NCBI GenBank assembly: GCA_963711755.1
Contig: CAVQFK010000003.1
Span: 2,793-66,792 of the forward strand
DNA: 64,000 nucleotides
DNA from: an uncultured Actinomycetota bacterium
Lineage (GTDB): Bacteria > Actinomycetota > Actinomycetes > Mycobacteriales > Mycobacteriaceae
Reading direction: 5' to 3'
In this document: piece after piece, positions 10,341 through 21,302 of the stretch
Layout of the letters: each line of letters begins with the position of its first letter
How positions within the stretch are numbered: the stretch's first letter is position 1
Translations under genes and position numbers: made by a program
The notes under the pieces: model-generated
What the model was told of the DNA's origin: nothing
What the model saw: the letters and a program-made list of their open reading frames with translations, nothing else
Databases searched by the model: none

Positions 10341-11702
10341 ATGACCACCAAATCTGACGACTTACTCGACCCTGTTTCCGCCAGACCCCACGGCGTCGCG
10401 GCATTGCTGCGCCGCCTGCATTTCTATGCAGGCATCTTCGTGGGGCCCTTCATCCTCATCGCCGCCGTGACCGGCCTGCTGTACACGCTGGTTCCGCAGC
10501 TCGACAACCTGGTCTACCGCCACGAACTGACGGTCGACCACGCCGGTGAACAACGGCTGCCGCTGGCCCAGCAGCTCGACGCCGTTCGCGCCGCACACCC
10601 GCAGGGCGCTGTGGAGAGCATCCGCCCACCGAGCACGCCGACCGAAACGACCCAGGTGACCCTTGCGGTCGACGACGTCCCACCGGACTACGCGCGCACG
10701 GTGTTCGTCGACCCGTACACCGCCGAGGTGCGCGGGGCGCTGACCACGTACGGCCAGTGGCTGCCGCTGCGGGCATGGTTCGACGAACTGCACCGAAACT
10801 TGCACCTTGGTGCCATCGGCCGCAACTACAGCGAGCTGGCCGCGAGTTGGCTGTGGATCACCGCGCTTGCCGGCCTATGGCTATGGATCGCTCATCGGCG
10901 CCAGACCGGAAAGCTGCGCCGCGTCGCATCTCCGGACCGCGATGTCAGCGGCAGGCGGCGCACACTGTCGTGGCACGGCGCGGTCGGGGTGTGGATCGTG
11001 GTGGCGCTCTTGGGCTTATCGGTCACGGGCATCACCTGGTCGCGTTACGGCGGTCAATCGGTGAACACGTTGCAGGAGCACCTCAACACAACGGCGCCGT
11101 CGGTCGATACCGCCATGGCAGGACATTCCCACCACGGATCGGTCACCACGACAGGCAGCGACGGGTTCCTGCGCGGGGCCGATACGGCGCTGCAGTCCGC
11201 GCAGCAGGCCGGGCTGTCGGGACCGATGTGGATGTACCCACCCGCGGCCGACGGCGAGGGCTGGCTGGTCGCCGAAAAGAAGCGGGACTGGCCGACGCGC
11301 TACGACGCCGTCGCGGTCGACCCGGACACCGGCACGATCACCGATCGGGTGAACTTCGCCGACTGGCCGTTCCTTGCCAAGCTCACGAACTGGGCGATCG
11401 ACGCGCACATGGGTGTGCTGTTCGGTATCGGTAACCAGATTCTGTTGGCGCTGACCGCCATTGGGCTGATCCTTGTCGTGGTGCGCGGCTATCGGATGTG
11501 GTGGCAACGCAGGCCGACCCGCGGATCGACGTGGGCGATGGGCCGACCGCCGCTGCGCGGCGCGATCCGCAACATGCCACCGGTCATCGCAGTGGCAATC
11601 GTGGCCGCCGCGGTCGCGATCGGCTGGTTCCTGCCGCTGTTCGGGTTGAGCCTGCTTGCGTTCCTTGTCGTCGACACGGCCATCTGGGCGGTCAAGCGAT
11701 GA
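10341..11702 (+). CDS. PepSY-associated TM helix domain protein
   Basis: RRLHFYAG...TG, VFVDPYT, ELHRNLHLG, SWHG..G.W, DAHMG, WWQRRP. Confidence 0.9.
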   Translation: MTTKSDDLLDPVSARPHGVAALLRRLHFYAGIFVGPFILIAAVTGLLYTLVPQLDNLVYRHELTVDHAGEQRLPLAQQLDAVRAAHPQGAVESIRPPSTPTETTQVTLAVDDVPPDYARTVFVDPYTAEVRGALTTYGQWLPLRAWFDELHRNLHLGAIGRNYSELAASWLWITALAGLWLWIAHRRQTGKLRRVASPDRDVSGRRRTLSWHGAVGVWIVVALLGLSVTGITWSRYGGQSVNTLQEHLNTTAPSVDTAMAGHSHHGSVTTTGSDGFLRGADTALQSAQQAGLSGPMWMYPPAADGEGWLVAEKKRDWPTRYDAVAVDPDTGTITDRVNFADWPFLAKLTNWAIDAHMGVLFGIGNQILLALTAIGLILVVVRGYRMWWQRRPTRGSTWAMGRPPLRGAIRNMPPVIAVAIVAAAVAIGWFLPLFGLSLLAFLVVDTAIWAVKR

Positions 11703-12184
11703 GCCGCCTGATCATTGCGGCTGTGCTGTTCTGCACCGTCCTGAGCGGATGCTCGGCAGAGGCCGCACCCGCGCAGGCGGCCAGGGTCATCTCGGTGCAC
11801 GACGCCTGGGTCAAGGCCGCGAATCACGGCATGACCGCCGCGTTCGCCCACCTGCGCAACGACAGCGACCAGCAGGCCCGGATCCTGTCGGCGACCACAC
11901 CCGTTGCGCAAAGGGTGGAGTTGCACGAAGTGGTGCCTGACGGCTCAGGGACAATGAAGATGCAACCGAAGCAGGGCGGATTCGCGATTGCGGCCAACGG
12001 CGACGTGGAGTTGGCGCCGGGTGCTGATCATCTGATGCTGATGGATCTGACGACGAAGTTGATGCCCGGCTCGGACGTCGAGATCACGGTGACGTTCGAT
12101 GACGGTTCGACGCTGCCGATCACCGCTTCGGTCCGCGACTTCCCAGGCGCGGACGAACATTACGACCCCGGTGCTCATGGATAA
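11699..12184 (+). CDS. Copper chaperone PCu(A)C lipoprotein
   Basis: Lipobox LSGC; DAWVKA; ELHE...MKM...LAPGADHLMLM Cu(I) motif; ATGA coupling to the upstream gene. Confidence 0.92.
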   Translation: MSRLIIAAVLFCTVLSGCSAEAAPAQAARVISVHDAWVKAANHGMTAAFAHLRNDSDQQARILSATTPVAQRVELHEVVPDGSGTMKMQPKQGGFAIAANGDVELAPGADHLMLMDLTTKLMPGSDVEITVTFDDGSTLPITASVRDFPGADEHYDPGAHG

Positions 12185-13283
12185 GGCGCGCGGATTCAGC
12201 AGGCGGCGGCTTCTCGGTGCGGGAGCCGCCGCCGCGGGGGTGGCGGGGGTGGCGCTGACGGCCGGCGCAGGTACCCGCGATCCGACCGAGCCGTTCTACG
12301 GCGTGCACCAGTCGGGCGTCGGAACCCCGCCACAGGCCTACGCGACGTTCATCGCGCTGGACCTGAATCGGGATCGCGCAAACCCGAGAACGCTTGCGGC
12401 GGTGATGAAGCTGTGGACCGAGGACGCCTCGCGCCTGACGCAAGGACGCCCCGCGCTCGCCGACACCGAGCCCGAGCTGGCCGCCGAGCCGTCGCGGTTG
12501 ACCGTCACCGTCGGATGGGGTCCGGAATTGTTCGACGTCATCGGGTTGGCCGGAGCGCGGCCGCCATCAGTGAAACCGTTGCCGCCATTCAGCATTGACC
12601 GCCTCCAATCGCAGTGGTGCGGAGGGCATCTGCTGCTGCAGGTGTGCGCCGACAGCTTGCTGACCGTAAGCCATGCGTGCCGGGTGCTGACCAAAAACGT
12701 GAAGTCGATGGCCACAGTGCGATGGATCCAGCGCGGCTACCGAAACCGGCGCAACCTCATGGGCCAGGTCGACGGCACCGTGAACCTCGACAATGCAGGT
12801 GCGCTCGACCGCTACGTCTGGGACAGCGCGGGCGGCACGACGATCGTTCTTCGCCGCATCCGCGCGGAGATGGATGCGTGGGACAAGGTCGACCGCAAGA
12901 CCAAGGAGCTGGTCGTCGGCCGGACCCTGGACACGGGTGCACCGCTGACCGGTCGGCGCGAAGCTGACGAACCCGATTTCGCCGCACAAATCAACGGCAT
13001 CAAGGTGATTCCCGAGAATGCCCACATCGCCCTTGCCCATCGCCGAGCCGGCGGGGAGCAGTTCCTGCGTCGCCCATACAACTACGACGACACCAACTGC
13101 GGGCTCATCTTCGCGTCCTACCAACGAGATCCGGTCACCCAGTTCGTGCCGGTCCAGCGGCGCCTCGCCGACGCAGATGCCCTCAACCCGTGGATCACCC
13201 CGATCGGTTCGGCCGTCTTCGGGATCCTGCCCGGGGTGCAGCAAGGCGAATACCTCGGCCAGGCCCTGCTCGGCGTGCCCTAA
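12177..13283 (+). CDS. Tat-exported Dyp-type peroxidase (EfeB/DtpA-like)
   Basis: SRRRLL Tat motif, GQVDGTVN (GxxDG), AHI proximal His, LRRPYNY. Confidence 0.92.
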   Translation: MDKARGFSRRRLLGAGAAAAGVAGVALTAGAGTRDPTEPFYGVHQSGVGTPPQAYATFIALDLNRDRANPRTLAAVMKLWTEDASRLTQGRPALADTEPELAAEPSRLTVTVGWGPELFDVIGLAGARPPSVKPLPPFSIDRLQSQWCGGHLLLQVCADSLLTVSHACRVLTKNVKSMATVRWIQRGYRNRRNLMGQVDGTVNLDNAGALDRYVWDSAGGTTIVLRRIRAEMDAWDKVDRKTKELVVGRTLDTGAPLTGRREADEPDFAAQINGIKVIPENAHIALAHRRAGGEQFLRRPYNYDDTNCGLIFASYQRDPVTQFVPVQRRLADADALNPWITPIGSAVFGILPGVQQGEYLGQALLGVP

Positions 13284-14077
13284 GCGGTCGGGTCCCGGGG
13301 TCTGCCCGTCCACACCGGCGGGCGCCGCCGCAGGAACGCCCGCACACCTTCCCTGGAGTCGTCGTGACCCATGACCGCACGGTGGATGTCGGTCTCGCGA
13401 TCACCGACGGCTGCGCGGTCGAGGCCGAATGAGTCCCACAGCAACCGCTTGCTGGCCGCGACGGACATCGGCGCGGTGTTCTCCGCGATATCGTTGGCGA
13501 CCTCCAGCGCGGCGGGGACAACGTCGTCGGCGTCGAGGACTCGGCTGCCAAGACCGAGCTGCACGGCCCGATGCCCGTCGAAAGTGGCTCCTGTCAAAAG
13601 AATTTCGGCGGCGTTGGAGATTCCGACAAGTCGCGGAAGGATCCAGTGCGAGTACGCGTCGCCGACCACGCCCCTGCGTACCTGGACGACGCCGTACTGT
13701 GCGTCGGCGGCGAAGAACCGGATGTCGCATTGCAGGGCCAGCGTCAGGCCCAGCCCGAGCGCGTGCCCGTTGACCGCGGCGATCACCGGCTTGGCAACAG
13801 TCCACGCGGGCACGTCGATGCCCGCCGCGCTGAAGCCGGGGCCCGGCTCGGCGAAGGTGTGCTCACCGTCGGCCAGGTCGGCGCCCGCGCAGAATGCGGG
13901 CGGGGTGCCGGTCAGCACGACGGCGCGGATCCCGTCGTCGCGGTCGCAGAACCGATAGGCGTCGGCCAGCTCCTCTCGCATCCCGTCGCCGACGGCGTTG
14001 CGCTGCCGCGGCCGGTTGAGCGTGACGGTGGCCACACCGCCGTCGACCGTGAGCAGCAAGGTTCGGTACTGCGGCAT
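13280..14077 (-). CDS. Enoyl-CoA hydratase/isomerase family protein
   Basis: TLNRP..RNA, FCAGADL, KPVIAAVNGHALGLG..LALQCD. Confidence 0.92.
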   Translation of the reverse strand: MPQYRTLLLTVDGGVATVTLNRPRQRNAVGDGMREELADAYRFCDRDDGIRAVVLTGTPPAFCAGADLADGEHTFAEPGPGFSAAGIDVPAWTVAKPVIAAVNGHALGLGLTLALQCDIRFFAADAQYGVVQVRRGVVGDAYSHWILPRLVGISNAAEILLTGATFDGHRAVQLGLGSRVLDADDVVPAALEVANDIAENTAPMSVAASKRLLWDSFGLDRAAVGDRETDIHRAVMGHDDSREGVRAFLRRRPPVWTGRPRDPTA

Positions 14078-14120
14078 GCGTGTGATGCTGCCGCATTGGC
14101 CACAACGTAATGTCGCCTTA

Positions 14121-16247
<2,127 letters not shown>

Positions 16248-16254
16248 CGGTGGG

Positions 16255-16590
16255 TTACTCGACGACGTCGAAGAACGAGTCGCCGTCTTCTGGCGTGCCG
16301 TCGATCTGGCCCTGCTCGCGCCCGTGCTGCTGGGGGTCGATGCGGTCCAATTCGTCCTGAGGGGTGAGCACGATGGACCCTGGCGGGTCGGCGTCGGACG
16401 GGTCGACGTCGGCGGCGGTGACGTCGGGTACCTCCTCGGACAGTCGCTCGTCGAGCGATTCGTCGTCCTTGGCCTCGATCCACTCCTGCGGCGGGTCGAC
16501 CACCTCGTCACCGTCGTCGTTGCGCACCTCGTCCGAGTCGAGCTGTTCGGCGGGCTCAAGGGGATTGTCATCGAACTCATCTCCGGCCAT
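16255..16590 (-). CDS. Highly acidic hypothetical protein (DUF5709-like, probable stress protein)
   Basis: MAGDEFDDNPLEPAEQLDSDE...ESLDERLSEEVPD; SigF-like promoter immediately upstream. Confidence 0.75.
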   Translation of the reverse strand: MAGDEFDDNPLEPAEQLDSDEVRNDDGDEVVDPPQEWIEAKDDESLDERLSEEVPDVTAADVDPSDADPPGSIVLTPQDELDRIDPQQHGREQGQIDGTPEDGDSFFDVVE

Positions 16591-16599
16591 GTCGCGGTG

Positions 16600-16626
16600 T
16601 TGCCCGACGCCCCGCGCGGTTAAACC
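16600..16626 (-). promoter_or_regulatory. SigF-type promoter
   Basis: Minus strand GGTTT-N16-GGGCAA ending about 10 nt before ATG 16590. Confidence 0.6.
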
Positions 16627-16638
16627 ATCCCGTCTACA

Positions 16639-16950
16639 TTGACCGCCAAGTACGACACGCGCGAGTCCAACTTCAACCACCTCGAGTTCGTCGGCACCGC
16701 GAGCCGCTGCTGACCTTCCCCGACGGCTCGTCGGCCGCGTTCGAATGCGGCAAGCGCAACGACGACTGCAGGGCCGTGTGCCTGGCAATCGCGGCGGGAG
16801 CGGGCGAGCTGACCTTCGAATCTGCCGAGGCCACGGTCGTTGGACCCCGGATTCACCGATTGGGACCCCGATGACATCGACACCTGGGACGAGCGAATCG
16901 TGATGGTTGCCGATGACGAAGACTTTGTGCCGAGTGGCAGCGTGAGTGGA
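16639..16950 (+). pseudogene. Possible frameshifted gene remnant
   Basis: Three consecutive segments with GC3-biased codons in different frames: LTAKYDTRESNFNHLEFVG, EPLLTFPDGSSAAFECGKRNDDCRAVC and LDPGFTDWDPDDIDTWDERIV. Confidence 0.35.
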
Positions 16951-17021
16951 TGGTTGACAACGGTCGGGCATAACCTCAGAAGCGTTGCGCGCCATGATTC
17001 TTACCGATTGACCTGCGCCCT

Positions 17022-17044
17022 CCGTACCAGGTCGTATGGTACGG
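17022..17044. promoter_or_regulatory. Palindromic operator (probably TetR)
   Basis: CCGTACCA-ggtcgta-TGGTACGG, perfect 8-bp arms overlapping a TATGGT -10-like hexamer. Confidence 0.55.
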
Positions 17045-17056
17045 TTTACCGCTGTA

Positions 17057-17200
17057 GCAACCGTGGCCGCTGCGCTGGCACCCGAGTTTTCTCAACTGTG
17101 CCGCCGGCCGGGCGGGCCGGAGTAGGAGCCGAAGAGCGGCGGCGCCCTACCTGGCGGCCACGGTTGCCGCCTTCTTGCCGGTACCCCTACCTGACGGCAA
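17057..17200. ncRNA. Candidate structured small RNA or leader
   Basis: Perfect 14-bp closing stem (17057-70/17154-67) enclosing three hairpins, plus a downstream hairpin at 17175-17200. Confidence 0.4.
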
Positions 17201-17287
17201 TCAAACATTCCTTTGCCATCTTTTGGCTGTCGATTATTTTCGCGAGGGTTATTTCCACTGGTCGGCGCGCACCGTATGCTGCCCATC

Positions 17288-17848
17288 ATGGCACCGGCCC
17301 GTGGTGCTGGCCGCCGATTGTCGGCCGACGACTGGATTCATGCCGGATTCGCTCTGCTGGCGGATACCGGTCCGAACACGCTGCGAATCGACCGGCTCTG
17401 CGCCCGTCTCAACGTCACCAAGGGCAGCTTTTACTGGCACTTCACCGACATCGGGTCCTACCGCGCCGCGCTCGTCAACGCATGGGGCAGCCTCGATGAC
17501 CAACGCCGTCGTCCGTTCGAGAACATGCCTGACGCAACGCCGCGTGCACGCTTGGCGGTGATGATGCAGACATTCATCGACCCAGAACACTGGGCGCGCG
17601 AGCGAGCCATGCGGGTGTGGGCGCTAACCGACGGATCAGTGCTGGCCAGTGTCCAGCGAAGCGACCGTCGCGTGTTCGGGGCGGTACACCAGGCGTTCGT
17701 GGATTACGGCTTCGAGCCGGAGGATGCGGGGCTGCGCTCCGCGCTGACCTTCGCAGCGGGCGTTGGCCTGCTGCACGGAGCCGGCCTGACCAGCGATGCA
17801 CCCCCGGAGCTTCGGGACGGGTTTCTGGACTTCATCCTGCGCCCTTAG
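17288..17848 (+). CDS. TetR/AcrR family regulator
   Basis: LSADDWIHAG...LRIDRLCARLNVTKGSFYWHF HTH. Confidence 0.92.
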   Translation: MAPARGAGRRLSADDWIHAGFALLADTGPNTLRIDRLCARLNVTKGSFYWHFTDIGSYRAALVNAWGSLDDQRRRPFENMPDATPRARLAVMMQTFIDPEHWARERAMRVWALTDGSVLASVQRSDRRVFGAVHQAFVDYGFEPEDAGLRSALTFAAGVGLLHGAGLTSDAPPELRDGFLDFILRP

Positions 17849-18206
17849 TGGGTTCCAGCCCGGTCTTGCGGTCGAGGTACTGCAACAGGTCATGCGCGGC
17901 CAGCTCGACATCCTTGTGCCGCCACTCGGACGCCCGGTACACGCAGGCGATCAGGCCCGTCCGATGAACCCGCCGCAGATCGCCGTATACGAACGCGTAC
18001 CGCGCCTTGGTGTCGTCGTTGGCGCCCTCGGTCAGCCCGAGATGCCACTGGGCGTACTCGTCCCAGGAGTGCGATTCGAGATAGTCGTTCTGCGCATCGG
18101 CGCGGGGCTGCACCTCACCCCAGTCACTGTCGAGCACGTACTGGCGGGCATCGATCAGGTTGCGCGCCTTGGCCACCGCGGCTTCGTTGAGCAGATAGGA
18201 CGCCAT
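17832..18206 (-). CDS. Conserved hypothetical protein
   Basis: 124 aa with normal codon bias; DSDWGEVQP, YAFVYGDLRRVHRTGLIAC. Confidence 0.75.
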   Translation of the reverse strand: MASYLLNEAAVAKARNLIDARQYVLDSDWGEVQPRADAQNDYLESHSWDEYAQWHLGLTEGANDDTKARYAFVYGDLRRVHRTGLIACVYRASEWRHKDVELAAHDLLQYLDRKTGLEPTKGAG

Positions 18207-18219
18207 GGCCCATTGTCCG

Positions 18220-19266
18220 TCAGACGCGCGGTTGCTGTCGCCTGCTTGCCGAGATCAAGTACCCGACCACGCCGATCACCACCGCAGCCAGGATCACTCC
18301 AACGGCGACCAACCAGATCCGCATTAGTATCCAACCACGTTCTACCGCAACGGTTTCCGTCACCGATGACTGCGCGGTCAGTTCGACGGGCAGTGGGCCG
18401 TTCGCCAGCGTGCTCGCCAGCCCGCGAGCCTGCCCTTCGGTGAAGTCGCCGGTGATCATCGCGTGTCCGTCTGAGATGACCTGTTTGATCCGCGGCGCGG
18501 AGTCGACGGACGCGTCGACGGTGATGGCGGCCTCTTGAGCGTCGTTGGCAGCGGTGTAGGCGGCGAGCTTCTGCATGGCGACGTCGTCGAAGGACAGCTC
18601 GACCGCATACTCACCGCGTTGCCTGTCGGGTACCGCGGTGGCGGACTCGACTGCCGAACTGTTGAGCAGGGATTCGCCGAGCAGATACACCGCGTCGCCG
18701 TCACTCGAGCAGGTGATCAGGGGCAGCTCGGGATCGTCATTGCCGGCCAGCGCGTCGTCGTCGCCGCACCTGCTCGCCTGAAACTGCAGCGCGAGGAGCT
18801 GAATCTGCTGGTCGGTGCTCTGGCGTAGCTGCTTCTCGTCGGCGATGTGCTGCGCGATGTCCTCGCTCGGCGGCTGTGGCGGAGTGGACGGCGCCGCAGG
18901 CGCGGAGTTCGCGGCTATCGCATGGATCACCGGGCGCACGTACAGCTGGCCCCGACGTCCGATGTCGCGCGCCGCGTCGCCGTCGCCGGGCACCGTGACG
19001 GTCAGGACGTCGTCGGCGACAACCACCTGGTCCCCCGAAACGCCGAGCGTCGCCACCCGCTGGCCGACGATCTCGCCGGCTTCATCGAGTGCCTCATCGG
19101 GTGCCGGCGACCCGTCCGAAGTTTGCGCGCTGAACGTGACGACGGTGCGCTCCTGCTGGATGTCGCCCGCCCATTGCTCCCGCATCAGAAACGCCGCAAC
19201 CCCGTAGGCCGCGACCAGCACTGCCAGTACGCAGACCAGCAGATACCGTGCGGCTCGGGGGGGCAT
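18220..19266 (-). CDS. SecD/SecF P1 head-domain-like membrane protein
   Basis: N-terminal TM, IVGQRVATLGVSG, IGRRGQLYVRPV, AITVD..VDSAP.I, ITGDFT..QA..LA..LANGPLP, C-terminal TM only. Confidence 0.75.
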   Translation of the reverse strand: MPPRAARYLLVCVLAVLVAAYGVAAFLMREQWAGDIQQERTVVTFSAQTSDGSPAPDEALDEAGEIVGQRVATLGVSGDQVVVADDVLTVTVPGDGDAARDIGRRGQLYVRPVIHAIAANSAPAAPSTPPQPPSEDIAQHIADEKQLRQSTDQQIQLLALQFQASRCGDDDALAGNDDPELPLITCSSDGDAVYLLGESLLNSSAVESATAVPDRQRGEYAVELSFDDVAMQKLAAYTAANDAQEAAITVDASVDSAPRIKQVISDGHAMITGDFTEGQARGLASTLANGPLPVELTAQSSVTETVAVERGWILMRIWLVAVGVILAAVVIGVVGYLISASRRQQPRV

Positions 19267-19300
19267 GGGAACACTGTAGGCGTTTGCCGGTCGCTGTCTT

Positions 19301-19792
19301 CTAGGAAGCGACGCGGCTGTTTCTGATGGCCCGCACCGAGTCAGCCAGGGTCCACACCGAGATGCCAAGCAGGGCGATGTCTTTCATCAGGAACCCGCCG
19401 TCGAGCGAGAGCGCGGGGAAACCGCCCTCAGAAGCCACGAAGGCGCTGGGGGTGGTGAACAGGAAGCTGATCGTCGCACCGAACAACGCGATCGCCAGCA
19501 GGCTGCCGAACACCGACGCCCTGGGCCACCACGGCTTGAGGACCAGGAGCACCGCTGCGGTGATTTCGAAAACGCCGAGCAGCGCAGAGAACGTGTAGAC
19601 GGAGAAGATCTCGTAGAGCCAGCTCATCAGCGGGCTTTCGGACACCAGCGGCTGCACGCCTTCGGCTTCGTAGGCCATGAACTTCAGGCCGCCGTACCAA
19701 AACAGCACGATGGCAAGGCCGTAACGTACGGCAAGGCCGCCGACGGCATCGAGGGTGTTCTGGCCGATGGAGGTGATCGTTTTTGTGGTCAT
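19301..19792 (-). CDS. YkgB/RclC (DUF417) membrane protein
   Basis: RYGL..V.FWYGGLKF..YEAEGVQPLVSESPLMSWLY, SFLFTTP, FLMKD. Confidence 0.9.
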   Translation of the reverse strand: MTTKTITSIGQNTLDAVGGLAVRYGLAIVLFWYGGLKFMAYEAEGVQPLVSESPLMSWLYEIFSVYTFSALLGVFEITAAVLLVLKPWWPRASVFGSLLAIALFGATISFLFTTPSAFVASEGGFPALSLDGGFLMKDIALLGISVWTLADSVRAIRNSRVAS

Positions 19793-19823
19793 GTCGACGT
19801 AGTGCCGCGCGCGGCCGCAACCG

Positions 19824-21188
19824 TTACGCCACGGCGACCCTTTCGCGTTGCATGGCCTCGGTCGCGGCCCGTTCACCGGAGCGCACTGCCCCGTCCACCC
19901 ATCCGCACATGATCGCCGAACTCTCGGTGCCCGCCCAGTGGATACGCCCGCACGGCTCGCGCAGCGCCGGGCCGAATTCGGTGAGCACACCGGTGGGTGC
20001 GTGGCTGAGCATGCCCCCACCCGAGTAGCGCTCGGTGGTCCAGCACTGCTCGATGTATTCGACCGGCGACGCGGCCTTGTCACCGAAGCGGCCGACGAGC
20101 TCGGCAAGGATGGTCCGCCTGCGCTCGGCCTCGTCGAGCCGACCGATCTGCCGCGCGATCGGCCCCTCAACGATCACGCAGAGCACGCCGGGCCGCGGGG
20201 CGTCGGTGGAGGCATCGATGGTGACTGTCGCCGGCGACCCTGGCGCGGCCGACTGACCGGACAACCCGTCGGCACGCCAGAACGGCTCGTCATAGACGAT
20301 GTTGATCTTGTAGATCGCCCCGCTGGGCATGCGCTGATGCAGGAACGATCGATCGACGGGAAGCATTGGCTCATAAAGGATTTGGCTCGCGATCGCGATC
20401 GGCACCGCGACGATGACGCGGCGGGCCCGCACGGTCATATCGTCTGAGCGGACGGTCACGCCGTCGTCGTCCGCCTCGATCCGGCGCACCGGCTGCCCCA
20501 GATGCAGCGCGTCGCCGAGTTCGGCGGCCATCGGCGCATACACCGCGCCCATGCCGCCGACGATCCTGGAGTCCTGCGCGCCGTCCCTGACGCCGAGCAG
20601 GAAGCCCGGCCCACCGCCGGAGGCCATCTGATAGAGCACGAACAGCATCGAGACTTCCGAAGCGGCCGACGTGTAGCAACCGGCCAGCGCGGTCTCCAAC
20701 AGATCGTGCGCGGCCTTGGACACCGTGTTGCTGCTCAGCCACTTCGCGAGGGTGATCTGGTCCCACTTCTCGGCGTTCTTGGCTTCCCACGGCGCCTCGA
20801 GCGGAATCGACTTCGACATCTGCCCGAGTTCGAGGAAAACGGCGCCCAGATTGGCCGACACCCACGGGCTCATCGTCAACGGAATCGTGCCGGAGTAGCG
20901 GTGCTGCTTACCGTCGACAATCATCATTGATTTGCCATCGCAGTACTGCTTGTAGCTCGGCACGCCGAACTCCGTCATCAGCGCCTTGATTCGATCCTGA
21001 CCGGGCCCCACCCACGCCCCGCCGCGATCGATCCACACGCCATCGTCCCTGACCTCGGTAAATGTCCTGCCGCCAACCCGGTCACGGGCCTCCAACAGCG
21101 CCACCGACTCCCCCGCTTGCATCAACCGCATGGCGGCCGTGAGCCCGGCGAAGCCTGCCCCAACCACGCAATAATTGACGTCAGTCAT
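19824..21188 (-). CDS. Flavin monoamine oxidase family protein
   Basis: VVGAGFAGL..A, EARDRVGGR, D.GGAWVG, IHWAGTE, GWVDGAVRSGERAA. Confidence 0.93.
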   Translation of the reverse strand: MTDVNYCVVGAGFAGLTAAMRLMQAGESVALLEARDRVGGRTFTEVRDDGVWIDRGGAWVGPGQDRIKALMTEFGVPSYKQYCDGKSMMIVDGKQHRYSGTIPLTMSPWVSANLGAVFLELGQMSKSIPLEAPWEAKNAEKWDQITLAKWLSSNTVSKAAHDLLETALAGCYTSAASEVSMLFVLYQMASGGGPGFLLGVRDGAQDSRIVGGMGAVYAPMAAELGDALHLGQPVRRIEADDDGVTVRSDDMTVRARRVIVAVPIAIASQILYEPMLPVDRSFLHQRMPSGAIYKINIVYDEPFWRADGLSGQSAAPGSPATVTIDASTDAPRPGVLCVIVEGPIARQIGRLDEAERRRTILAELVGRFGDKAASPVEYIEQCWTTERYSGGGMLSHAPTGVLTEFGPALREPCGRIHWAGTESSAIMCGWVDGAVRSGERAATEAMQRERVAVA

Positions 21189-21302
21189 AATTGCTATGGT
21201 CCGCCGTGCACCCAGCGGACGCTGGGTTTTGTTACTTTCAGCTGGCAAATACCGATACACGTCTCAATGGGACTTGTCGGGCTTGCCCTAGATAGGGGAC
21301 GA

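Noticed and set aside
16840-17499. 219-aa plus-strand ORF
   Set aside because: Only the first 30 or so codons look coding; the rest crosses the operator, the structured region and the TetR gene in another frame.
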